Below, one piece after another: positions 50,702 through 59,335 of a stretch of DNA of 59,335 nucleotides. Made by a program: the position numbers and the translations under genes. The notes beneath the pieces were generated by a model, which made no database searches, was not told the DNA's origin, and saw only the letters and a program-made list of their open reading frames with translations. The stretch is taken from the IMG/VR virus record IMGVR_UViG_3300029268_000019, positions 1-59,335 of that record; one strand, written 5' to 3'. The first letter of the stretch is position 1, and each line of letters starts with the position of its first letter. The DNA comes from a virus (Duplodnaviria > Caudoviricetes).

Positions 50702-51757
50702 ATGAAATTCGTTATAGATGATACTGTTACAAAGATAATACTAAAAGAGTCAACAAGAGAAGAATTCAATCAATTGAAATTATATTTAAACAGACACTTA
50801 AAAAATTATGTGTTTATGGCTAAATATAAATTGACTAAATTCTCAGCTAATCCTTGGGACGGTAAGTATGAACAATTTCATGGTGGTTATATAGATTTCG
50901 GTTTATTACATGAATGTTACAAATGTTGTAAAGAATATGGTTATCCATTCGAAGTTTTAAATAAAGAAAAAATTCCTATTAATAGAGATATTAAAAAGGA
51001 AGATATTGAAAATTTCTGTAAAGAATTTTACAAAGATCACAAAGATGAACATGATATAACCAAATCATTTGTCCCATATGAACATCAAGAAGAATCCATT
51101 TTCAGAATATTGAAACATCAGTACGGTAGAATTGAAGTCGCTACCGCTGGTGGAAAATCTTTAATATTTGGATCCCTAATATTTTATTATTTAACTCATA
51201 TCAATCCTGATGCAAAATTCTTATTGATTGTACCAACTATGGATTTAGTTACACAATTCTATAATGATATCAATAATTATAATTATGGTTATCATAATGA
51301 AAATAAAAATGTTATAAATATCAGAATGGATGAAATTATGAGTGATAAACCAAGAAAATATCATGGTGACGAACCAAATATTTATATTGGAACATATCAG
51401 AGTTTAGTTAAATGGCCAGTTGAATGGTTTCATCAATTTGATGTCGTTTGTTGTGACGAATGTTTACATCCTGATACATTAATAACAATGTCAGATGGTA
51501 AGAAAAAAAAGATTAAAGATATTAAAATTGGTGATAAAATTTTCACTATTAATGAAAAAACATTAAAAAAAGAAATTAGAGAAGTTGATTATGTATATAA
51601 AAATTTAAGCAAAAATCAACAAATGTTTGAACTAGAAATGGAAGATGGAAAAAAATTAAAAATAACAGGAAACCATGAAGTAATTTTATCAAATGGAAAA
51701 AGAAAAAGAATTGATAAATTATCAACAAATGATGAAATTTTCGATTTTAATATTTAA
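50702..51757 (+). CDS. uvsW: UvsW-like SF2 helicase N-extein fused to split intein N-fragment
   Basis: ATAGGKS, LLIVPT, IGTYQSL, VVCCDE then CLHPDTLI...ITGNH intein blocks. Confidence 0.9.
   Translation: MKFVIDDTVTKIILKESTREEFNQLKLYLNRHLKNYVFMAKYKLTKFSANPWDGKYEQFHGGYIDFGLLHECYKCCKEYGYPFEVLNKEKIPINRDIKKEDIENFCKEFYKDHKDEHDITKSFVPYEHQEESIFRILKHQYGRIEVATAGGKSLIFGSLIFYYLTHINPDAKFLLIVPTMDLVTQFYNDINNYNYGYHNENKNVINIRMDEIMSDKPRKYHGDEPNIYIGTYQSLVKWPVEWFHQFDVVCCDECLHPDTLITMSDGKKKKIKDIKIGDKIFTINEKTLKKEIREVDYVYKNLSKNQQMFELEMEDGKKLKITGNHEVILSNGKRKRIDKLSTNDEIFDFNI
51461..51754 (+). mobile_element. Split intein N-fragment (98 aa)
   Basis: Block A CLHPDTLITM, block B KITGNHEV. Confidence 0.9.
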
Positions 51758-51801
51758 TATATAAGGACAGAATGTCATAAAGTAAAAAGAAATTATAATG
51801 A

Positions 51802-52827
51802 ATGTTAACCAAATCTTGTCCTTATTGTAAAAGTATATATTTGAGATATAAATATAAAAATTCTAAAAATAGTTTCGTTTGTTTAAATTGTTTAAAATCA
51901 TTCAAAAACAAAGAAATAATATATTTAGATATTAAAGAAAATGAATTGTTTACTATTTTAAATGAATCATCAAAAGAAGTAGATAAAAAAAGAATTTTCG
52001 ATTTTCTTAAAGCAAATAATTCAAAATTTTTATGTCAAAAAAATTTAGATAAAAGTATTACTGATTTTCTTAATAATTGTTATATCAAAATTGAAATTAA
52101 AAAATCTTTAACATATAAAAATATTTTTGATTTTTTAAATAATACTAAATATAATGATTGTCATTGTCATAATCTTGAATGTAATAGAGATACAAAATTT
52201 TATGGATTTTCAAAAAGACATCCAAGAGGATATTCAATTTGTTGTGATGATAAAAAATGTTTATATCTTTTAAGATCCACAAAACAAAAAGGTGAAAATA
52301 ATACTTGTCACAAAATGACAAAAGAATCTTTAGAATCAATGAAAATAAAGAATTCTATTATAATGAAAGAAAAAATAAAAAATAAAGAATTTATACCAAA
52401 TGCAATTAATTCTTGGAGAAATGAAAAATATAGTTTAATTTTAAATGGTAAAAAAATAAATTTTAGATCATCTTGGGAGGCTTTTTATAATTTAGTTAAT
52501 AAAGATTTAATTTATGAAAATACTGTCATACCTTATGAATATAAAAAAGTCAAACACAATTATATTGTTGACTTTTCAGATCATATTAATAAAATTTTAT
52601 ATGAAATAAAACCAAAATCGGATATAAATAGGCAAAGAACAAAAAATAAAACAAAATCAGCTAAAAAATGGTGTAAAGAAAATAATTACAAATTTATAAT
52701 CATAAACGAAGATTGGTTTTATGAAAATTATAAAAAACATAAACATTTATTAGAAAATATTGATATGATAAATAAAGAAAGATTACAAAAAAATTTAAGA
52801 AGATTCGATGAAAATAAAATCTATTAA
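51802..52827 (+). CDS. Free-standing TnsA-like PD-(D/E)xK endonuclease between intein halves
   Basis: FRSSWE...YE..IPY...NYIVDF...LYEIKP; Cys-rich N-terminus; own late promoter 51754-51763. Confidence 0.75.
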   Translation: MLTKSCPYCKSIYLRYKYKNSKNSFVCLNCLKSFKNKEIIYLDIKENELFTILNESSKEVDKKRIFDFLKANNSKFLCQKNLDKSITDFLNNCYIKIEIKKSLTYKNIFDFLNNTKYNDCHCHNLECNRDTKFYGFSKRHPRGYSICCDDKKCLYLLRSTKQKGENNTCHKMTKESLESMKIKNSIIMKEKIKNKEFIPNAINSWRNEKYSLILNGKKINFRSSWEAFYNLVNKDLIYENTVIPYEYKKVKHNYIVDFSDHINKILYEIKPKSDINRQRTKNKTKSAKKWCKENNYKFIIINEDWFYENYKKHKHLLENIDMINKERLQKNLRRFDENKIY

Positions 52828-53752
52828 TAAAATTGAATATAATGGTGATGTTTACAATTTAAGAATTAAAGAAATAAATTCTGATGATATAAATAACCAT
52901 AATTATTTTGCAAATGATTTTTCTGTGTCTAATTGTCATAAAGCGAAAGGAAACTCACTAAGAACTATATTGAAAAATACGTTTGGTCATGCCAAAATTC
53001 GTTTTGGTATGAGTGGTACATATCCAAATGATGATACCGCTGAATTACTAATGATAGAAGCTGTTACAGGTCCATTATTATTAAACATCAGAGCTAAAAA
53101 ATTAATGGAATTAGGTATCATCACACCTTGTAAAATTAAGGGAATTATACTAAATCATGGTGATTATAACTTCGCATCGAATATATTTTCAATAAAGAGA
53201 AGTGGTAATGGGAGAAAAGCTTGGGAATTAGAAAAGAAATTCGCACAGAATTCATTACCCAGAAAAATATTTATTGGAAAATTGGTGAATAAATTTAAAA
53301 ACAATTCATTAGTATTATTCCAAAATATTGATTACGGAAAGGATTTATATAATTACATCAGAGATAATATACCAAATAAAGATGTTTATTACATTGATGG
53401 AAATACACCGAAAGAAAAAAGAGGAATTATTAAAAAACAAATGGAAGATACATCTGGAAATGTGAAAATATTAGTTGCTTCCTTCGGAACATCAGCGACT
53501 GGTATAAATATTAAAGCTGTTGTTAATTTAGTTTTTGCTGATTCATTTAAATCAGATTCATTGGTAACACAAGCAATTGGTAGAATATTAAGATTACATA
53601 GTGAAAAAGAATTATCTATTATTTTCGATTTGGTTGATCAATTCCATCAAGATTTTAAGGGAACACTGTATAATCACTTCCAAATTAGGAAAAAAGAAAT
53701 TTATACCAAAAGGGAATATCCTTATGAAGAATTGAAATTTAGTTTAGTATAA
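52808..53752 (+). CDS. uvsW: Split intein C-fragment (42 aa) fused to UvsW helicase C-extein
   Basis: MKIKSI...VYNL...HNYFANDFSVSN/C then HKAKG, GMSGT, SATGINI, QAIGRILR. Confidence 0.9.
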   Translation: MKIKSINKIEYNGDVYNLRIKEINSDDINNHNYFANDFSVSNCHKAKGNSLRTILKNTFGHAKIRFGMSGTYPNDDTAELLMIEAVTGPLLLNIRAKKLMELGIITPCKIKGIILNHGDYNFASNIFSIKRSGNGRKAWELEKKFAQNSLPRKIFIGKLVNKFKNNSLVLFQNIDYGKDLYNYIRDNIPNKDVYYIDGNTPKEKRGIIKKQMEDTSGNVKILVASFGTSATGINIKAVVNLVFADSFKSDSLVTQAIGRILRLHSEKELSIIFDLVDQFHQDFKGTLYNHFQIRKKEIYTKREYPYEELKFSLV

Positions 53753-53815
53753 TCCACTCCCAAAAGATTAACTATTTTCGACTTTTAAATATTTATATAT
53801 AAAAATAAAAACATT

Positions 53816-55090
53816 ATGATTATAGATGAATTTGTAAATGTTAAAATCGGAACTAAAAATATCAATCATTTTAAAAAATTAAATTATATTTGTAAAGTTG
53901 GCGAAATTATATTAGTCAAACCAATAGATTTAATGAATTGTAGTAAAAATCCAGTTCATGTTAAATGTGATATTTGTGGTAAAGAAAAAATTATACCATA
54001 TCGTTCATATTTTAAAAATATTAGTAAATTTCCAATATATTGTTGTGGAACTTTATGTTCAAAAATAAAAGAGAACCAAACCAAAAAAGAAAAATATGGT
54101 GATAATTATGAAAAACACAGAGTTAATAAAATGAAAAAAACCAATAAAAAAAGATATGGTAATGAAAACACATCACAAATATTTAGAAATGAAAAAAATA
54201 TAAATGATTTTTTACTTGAATTGAAAAATATTTATACAGATGATAATTTGGATTTTTCAAAAATTAATTACATTAATAATTACACAAAAATTGAAATTAT
54301 TTGTAAAAAACATGGTTTGTTTAAAATTAGACCAAATGAATTATTAAATGGTCAGGGGTGTAAAAAATGTAACAAAGAAATAAGAAAAAATAATAATTTA
54401 GAAAAATATAAAGATAAGGCTAATCAAATTCACAATAATAAATATGATTATTCCAAAGTTATTTTTAATAAAATTCTAAATAATGTAGTTATTGTTTGTC
54501 CAGAACACGGTGATTTCATTCAATCTTTACATAATCATATAAATTCTAAACAAGGTTGTCCAAAATGTTCTCACAATTACAATAAAAAGGATTGGATAAA
54601 ATTATATTCTGATAAACACAATAATAAATATGATTATTCATTAATGGAATATATTAATAGTAATACAAAAATAAAAATAATTTGTCCTGAACACGGTATT
54701 TTTAAACAACTACCATCCACACATCTTAGTGGAATTGGATGTCCTTATTGTGCTAATAAAAAAAGAAGATTATTTAGAATTGAAAAAATCAGTAAGAATA
54801 AATTTAATGGTGAACAAATAATGCCATCTTTTAATGAAAAAGCTTGTAATTTATTTGATGAAATATCCAAAAATAAAAATATTCATATTCAACATGCTAA
54901 AAACGGTGGTGAATTTTATATTAAAGAATTAGGATATTGGGTTGATGGATATGACAAAGAAAACAATGTTGTTTACGAATATGATGAAAAACATCATTTT
55001 AGAAATGGAAAATTAAACAAAAAAGATCAGATACGTCAAAAAGAAATATCCAATCTTCTAAAGTGTAATTTCATAAGAATTAAAATTTAG
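53816..55090 (+). CDS. Zn-finger-repeat homing-type endonuclease
   Basis: YDYS...ICPEHG...GCPxC repeats; C-terminal YWVDGYD...VYEYDEKHH. Confidence 0.75.
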   Translation: MIIDEFVNVKIGTKNINHFKKLNYICKVGEIILVKPIDLMNCSKNPVHVKCDICGKEKIIPYRSYFKNISKFPIYCCGTLCSKIKENQTKKEKYGDNYEKHRVNKMKKTNKKRYGNENTSQIFRNEKNINDFLLELKNIYTDDNLDFSKINYINNYTKIEIICKKHGLFKIRPNELLNGQGCKKCNKEIRKNNNLEKYKDKANQIHNNKYDYSKVIFNKILNNVVIVCPEHGDFIQSLHNHINSKQGCPKCSHNYNKKDWIKLYSDKHNNKYDYSLMEYINSNTKIKIICPEHGIFKQLPSTHLSGIGCPYCANKKRRLFRIEKISKNKFNGEQIMPSFNEKACNLFDEISKNKNIHIQHAKNGGEFYIKELGYWVDGYDKENNVVYEYDEKHHFRNGKLNKKDQIRQKEISNLLKCNFIRIKI

Positions 55091-55101
55091 TTTAGTTGCA
55101 T

Positions 55102-55121
55102 AAAAAACCGGCTTTCGCCGG
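55102..55121 (-). terminator. Intrinsic terminator
   Basis: CCGGC-GAAA-GCCGG-TTTTTT on minus strand. Confidence 0.85.
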
Positions 55122-55123
55122 CC

Positions 55124-55210
55124 GGCTATTTTCATATTTAACTAAAACCCGAAGTCTCAGATAAATATCATCCCAACACACTAAGTACTGGTATGATATG
55201 AAATATAACC
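55124..55210 (-). ncRNA. Candidate three-way-junction RNA
   Basis: Outer stem enclosing two hairpins with G-U pairs on the minus strand. Confidence 0.45.
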
Positions 55211-55217
55211 AAAAAAT

Positions 55218-56013
55218 CTACATGTCGAACCTTTTTCTTGAAAGGTCACTACTATTTCTCATAAATACAAAATTATTATTTTTTATTCTCAAAAACATTA
55301 TATCACTTAAAGGTCCAACAATCTTTTGTTCAAAACCCCTTGGATCATCTATACATACACACAAACGAAATGGAAAACTTAAATTATCTCTACCCATAAC
55401 TTTTAAATAATATCCAGATGGTGGTGTTAATGATTGATCATCACTTAATTTATAAGCTGAAACTTTATTCTTCATATAAAACCAATCATATGGATCTATC
55501 TATATCTATTTGAAATGGTGTATTGTTATTGACATTTATATTGAATTCTGTGTGTACACCCAATGATGTGATTCCTGTCGCTGGACATATTATGGAACCG
55601 TTATAATATTTTTTACCTTCATATCCAACACCATTTAAGTGTGGTGCGTGTGTGTATTTTTTATGAGCAACAAATATTTGATTATCAGTATCTATCTCTT
55701 TTTTATAATTTTTATATCTAAACAACCATATTTTAGGATTATAATCTAGGAATGATAAATTATCATTTGACCAATAACCAAATAATTTTTGACTTTGCCT
55801 TGTCGTTGAACCGGTATAATATGATTTTGTAAACAAAATCAATTCCGGTATTATTACTAAATTATTATTGGTTGACATCTTTTTATTTCCTCCTATATTT
55901 CCTATAATTTTTTCTCTTTGACTTCTAATATATTCTTCATAAATTTGTTCATCCATTTCTCTCAAATAATCTTCATATGTTTTGTAGAGATAAGTGCCAT
56001 TTCTATATATCAT
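55218..56013 (-). other. Two hypothetical genes (55218-55475, 55486-56013)
   Basis: Co-oriented ORFs. Confidence 0.5.
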
Positions 56014-56056
56014 TTTTTATCTATCTTCAATAAATTTATAGTATATATAAAAATAA

Positions 56057-56082
56057 AAAAACCCATCGATGTGATGGGTTTT
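56057..56082 (-). terminator. Intrinsic terminator
   Basis: AAAACCCATC / GATGGGTTTT inverted repeat. Confidence 0.7.
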
Positions 56083-56104
56083 ATATATTTTTTCTTGTTG
56101 TTTG

Positions 56105-56593
56105 TTAAACTTCATCCACAACTTCTTCCTCCACATCATCAACAACTGGAATTGGTCTTACACCAATGGATCTCATTTTGGATGGATCTTTTCCCATTTT
56201 GCGAAATATAGCATCCAGTTTCTTCTTTTCTTCTTTATCCTTTTCTTCTTTCTTAATTTCTTCTCGAATTTTAATTCGTTCATTTACGACCACTTTACGA
56301 TCCGTATCAGCGATAATGTCAAGAACGATATTACGAAGTTCTGTTTCGGGTACCGTTTTGAATTCTTCAACAACATCTTTTTGAAGTTTTGAAAAACAAT
56401 TCAAATTACCGTGTGTTTTTCCGAGAACGAAGTTTACGTTGGAAGATTGCATTTTAAGTGAATCGATTGAAGATCCGATAATTGTTTCGGCCAGTTCCTT
56501 TTCATCTTTTACCGGAAGATGTTTGATTCCATGTTTTGTAAAATATAAGGTGATTACAGTATCATCCCTATCCCATTTGTGTTCTCTTTTCAT
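56105..56593 (-). CDS. Hypothetical early protein
   Basis: Promoter 56626-56633 and downstream terminator. Confidence 0.65.
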   Translation of the reverse strand: MKREHKWDRDDTVITLYFTKHGIKHLPVKDEKELAETIIGSSIDSLKMQSSNVNFVLGKTHGNLNCFSKLQKDVVEEFKTVPETELRNIVLDIIADTDRKVVVNERIKIREEIKKEEKDKEEKKKLDAIFRKMGKDPSKMRSIGVRPIPVVDDVEEEVVDEV

Positions 56594-56661
56594 ATTAACT
56601 GTTTTTAAGGTTTATTTAATTCTTACAAAGATAAGATAATTTAATTAAAAATAAAAATTAA

Positions 56662-57355
56662 TTAGGAAATTTCCATTTTTTGAATTTCTTCCCAATTATC
56701 AATAATATAAGGTCTTAGTACAGGATGTAAAAATCTTAAATATTTAATATCAGGAGTTGTAAATAATTCTTTACTTGTTGGTATTGTTTCCCATCTTTTA
56801 ATTTCATCCAAAGAAGCTGGTGTAATTTTTTCTACAACCATTTTCTTTAGTTCTTTATATCCAGTACATTGTGCATCTTCTGGTAATCTGGGTTCATACA
56901 AACCATCACAACATTTGTGACAAAATTCTTTAAACGTTAACTTTTTCATTTTCATCAAAGTGTTTAGATATTTTTATAATATTTATTCTAGCTTCCATTT
57001 GATCATATCCACCTACTGTATATGGATATCCGGCAATAACATTTATATTTTTGCATCTTCAACACTTTCTATCGTTTTTGATGTAAATTGGTTTGTATCC
57101 AACTTAAATCCTATTAGTTTTTTAAATTCCATAATTAAATATCTAATTTATTATAAATGTATAACCAAAAATTCCAACCATAATCAATTTATCCATATCT
57201 TCCTTTTCCGAATGTGGATTATCCATTTTCCTGACAACAATTATCGGAAAATTATTTATCATCAGAGAAAAATAATCATGAAACCTATGATGGCCTTCAT
57301 ATTCACAATACCAAGCCTTTGGTGTATTTGTGAAGGAATTATACTTTATCTTCAT
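56662..57355 (-). other. Small early genes (56662-56958, 57143-57355, plus a possibly frameshifted ORF 56930-57132)
   Basis: Downstream of TAatTTTG at 57382-57389. Confidence 0.45.
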
Positions 57356-57428
57356 AATCTTGGTTTTTTAACTTGACAATACAAAATTACGATAATATTT
57401 TGGTATAAAAAAATAAATATATAGTATC

Positions 57429-57818
57429 ATGAAGAAATTTAACGAATTTGTAAACGAAAATTATAAAGAAACCAAAAACAATATTGATGATGTCTTTAAT
57501 GTTCAATCAACATTTATTGATGAAGTCTTTGATCAATTGGTTCAAATAGTGTGTGATGTAAATCATATAAGTGAAAAAGATTTCAAAAATTGGGATCAAA
57601 CCAAAGGTTATGTTGAAAAATATTTTGACAATAATCCAGAAATATTACAAATAATTGATGATTTCAAAGGTAAAAGATATCAATTATGTGCGGAATTTTT
57701 ATATGAAAAATTATTTGGAAAGGATCAAGAATTAAATATTTCATTTAGTAAAGACACCAATAAAATTGATACACGATTACCTGAACCAGAAGATAATGTT
57801 GATTTGATTGTTCAATAA
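57429..57818 (+). CDS. Protein with capsid-targeting-like N-terminus
   Basis: MKKFNEFVNE; AAATATATA upstream. Confidence 0.6.
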   Translation: MKKFNEFVNENYKETKNNIDDVFNVQSTFIDEVFDQLVQIVCDVNHISEKDFKNWDQTKGYVEKYFDNNPEILQIIDDFKGKRYQLCAEFLYEKLFGKDQELNISFSKDTNKIDTRLPEPEDNVDLIVQ

Positions 57819-57822
57819 AACA

Positions 57823-57851
57823 AAAAAGGTTGTCAAATTGACAACCTTTTT
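57823..57851. terminator. Bidirectional terminator
   Basis: AAAAAGGTTGTCAA / TTGACAACCTTTTT. Confidence 0.8.
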
Positions 57852-57861
57852 CTTTTGTGAG

Positions 57862-58077
57862 TTACATCCATTTACCACGTTTCACATTAAATGTCTTGTG
57901 TAAATCAATTAACCTATAACTCCACATGTCCGGAAAATCTAAAAGTCTGAGATTTAATTTTCCCACAACTTGATGAACTTCCTTCTTTTTAGCTTCTACC
58001 ATTTGGTAGGGAGCATTGTAGCCGTAACGGCAACAAATTTCGACTCTCCAAAGTCGAATAGGATCGTGTGTATCCAT
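57862..58077 (-). CDS. Hypothetical protein
   Basis: 71 aa; promoter 58143-58169. Confidence 0.5.
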   Translation of the reverse strand: MDTHDPIRLWRVEICCRYGYNAPYQMVEAKKKEVHQVVGKLNLRLLDFPDMWSYRLIDLHKTFNVKRGKWM

Positions 58078-58238
58078 AATCTTCGTATCTAAGATCGAAG
58101 AATTATGAAGTGTTTATGTTAATTGATTTCATCATAATAGTATATAGTTATATTTTTTATTAAAGTTTTTCCAAAATTAAATTAATGGTTTTTTTTAACC
58201 ATCACTTATAAATATATAAAGAAAATAAATGTTAAAAC

Positions 58239-58550
58239 ATGCAAGGAATCGTTTATTTAATAGAATCAGTAAGAGATTATGATGTTGTTTATAAAATAGG
58301 ATATACCCGTATATCGTCTAAAAAGAGGTCTAAACAACTTCAAACTGGAAACGATGGTGAATTAAAAGTTATTTATCAACATATAACATATCATGGACAA
58401 ATGTGTGAAAGAGCTATACAAAATTTTTATTCACATCTTAGGATAAAGAACGAATGGTTTAAATTAGATTTAGAAGATATTGTCAAATTTCCAGAAATTT
58501 GTAATAAAATTGAAAATAATCTAAATATAATAAAGAAAGAAATTATTTAA
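58239..58550 (+). CDS. GIY-YIG (T5orf172/MUG113-like) protein
   Basis: GIVYLI...YKIGYT...KRSKQLQTGN...NEWF. Confidence 0.85.
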   Translation: MQGIVYLIESVRDYDVVYKIGYTRISSKKRSKQLQTGNDGELKVIYQHITYHGQMCERAIQNFYSHLRIKNEWFKLDLEDIVKFPEICNKIENNLNIIKKEII

Positions 58551-58559
58551 AAATTCTTT

Positions 58560-59066
58560 TCATAATTCTATCTTTTTATATTTAGTTAAATCAATCTTTG
58601 ACTTTTTTGGTCTAGCTTTAAAATAATTTCCATAATTCTGATCAGAAATCCACATTTTCGGTGAAAATTTATTTGAATCACCATAAACTTCGAAAACTAA
58701 TCCACCCTTACAAACACCGATCACATCATTCCAGTAATCATCTTCATACCATTCTATCTTACTGAATTTCACTCTATTACTCCCAATATGGAAATATGAT
58801 TCTGGATCTCTTGGCACTGGTTTATAAACAGGTTTTTCTTTTTTTTCAGATTCATTCTTTGGTAAAACACCCAAATCTTCAGCTCTCGCGTAAATATCAC
58901 AAGTTGTTATAATTTCACAACTTATTCCTCTCTTTATCAAATCCCTTTTCAAGTCTCTGATAGTCCCCTTTATATCACTACGAACAACTTTTCCATCAGC
59001 AACATACAAATAATCCCAATTAACGGGGTGATCATCTTCCAATGGAGTTTCCTTATATTTAGACAT
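58560..59066 (-). CDS. Hypothetical protein
   Basis: 168 aa ORF. Confidence 0.55.
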   Translation of the reverse strand: MSKYKETPLEDDHPVNWDYLYVADGKVVRSDIKGTIRDLKRDLIKRGISCEIITTCDIYARAEDLGVLPKNESEKKEKPVYKPVPRDPESYFHIGSNRVKFSKIEWYEDDYWNDVIGVCKGGLVFEVYGDSNKFSPKMWISDQNYGNYFKARPKKSKIDLTKYKKIEL

Positions 59067-59114
59067 ATTTTTTAATTTTTAAATTCTGAAACCAATTTAT
59101 CAACCAATTCTTTA

Positions 59115-59335
59115 ATGAACTACCACTACACTAAAGATGTAGTGGTTTCTAGGTCTTTCAACCTGTCTTTTTTAACGTTTCACAGACAAGATGCTTCTTA
59201 GGTTTCACCGAAATGAAACGGTCGTCCACAGAGCCGGCCTCCACGTTCAATAACCGATGTTCCATCGGCCAATTTTTTATATTTTTTGCTGCATTTACAT
59301 CACGATCATGTTTCATTCCACAAACCGGACAAATC
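59115..59335 (-). mobile_element. tnpB: IS200/IS605 element: tnpB 3' end, omega-RNA region and right end (runs off the window)
   Basis: ICPVCGMKHDRDVNAAKNIK, stop at 59158; hairpin ACCACTACA...TGTAGTGGT then AGTTCAT. Confidence 0.85.

Noticed and set aside
584-57376. Many 60-140 aa track ORFs antisense or nested in longer genes (e.g. 584-811, 857-1225, 10923-11303, 22576-22920, 56960-57376)
   Set aside because: Shadow ORFs with Phe/Ser/Leu/Ile-rich composition typical of the reverse strand of AT-rich genes
1-59335. Stop-codon reassignment as in some Bacteroidota jumbo phages
   Set aside because: Conserved genes are full length in the standard code and TAA, TAG and TGA all end genes sensibly

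Overview
Very AT-rich, gene-dense fragment of a large T4-like (myovirus, jumbo-class) phage genome in the standard genetic code. The host is most likely Bacteroidota, judged from repeated TAnnTTTG -7 promoter elements and A-rich, Shine-Dalgarno-less starts. Contents: neck protein, large probable baseplate/structural proteins, UvsY, a UvsW helicase fractured by a split intein around a free-standing endonuclease, five homing-type endonuclease genes and two IS200/IS605 TnpB remnants. Auxiliary enzymes include Prs, CoaE, HD-CoaD, three radical SAM proteins, glycosyltransferases, MT-A70, a ligase-like NTase and a PolA-like protein; there is also an ECF-type sigma factor. Most notable: (1) about 14 unrelated, mostly late-promoter proteins share a T4-like N-terminal capsid-targeting peptide, including three ADP-ribosyltransferase-like proteins and a Dam-fold/UvrD-Tudor fusion, i.e. 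a candidate injected effector set; (2) two structural genes appear split in mid-domain with near-identical junctions; (3) the sigma factor has about 90 aa inserted in its region 4 HTH; (4) two candidate structured RNAs. All calls are from motif reading by eye; no database searches were run.
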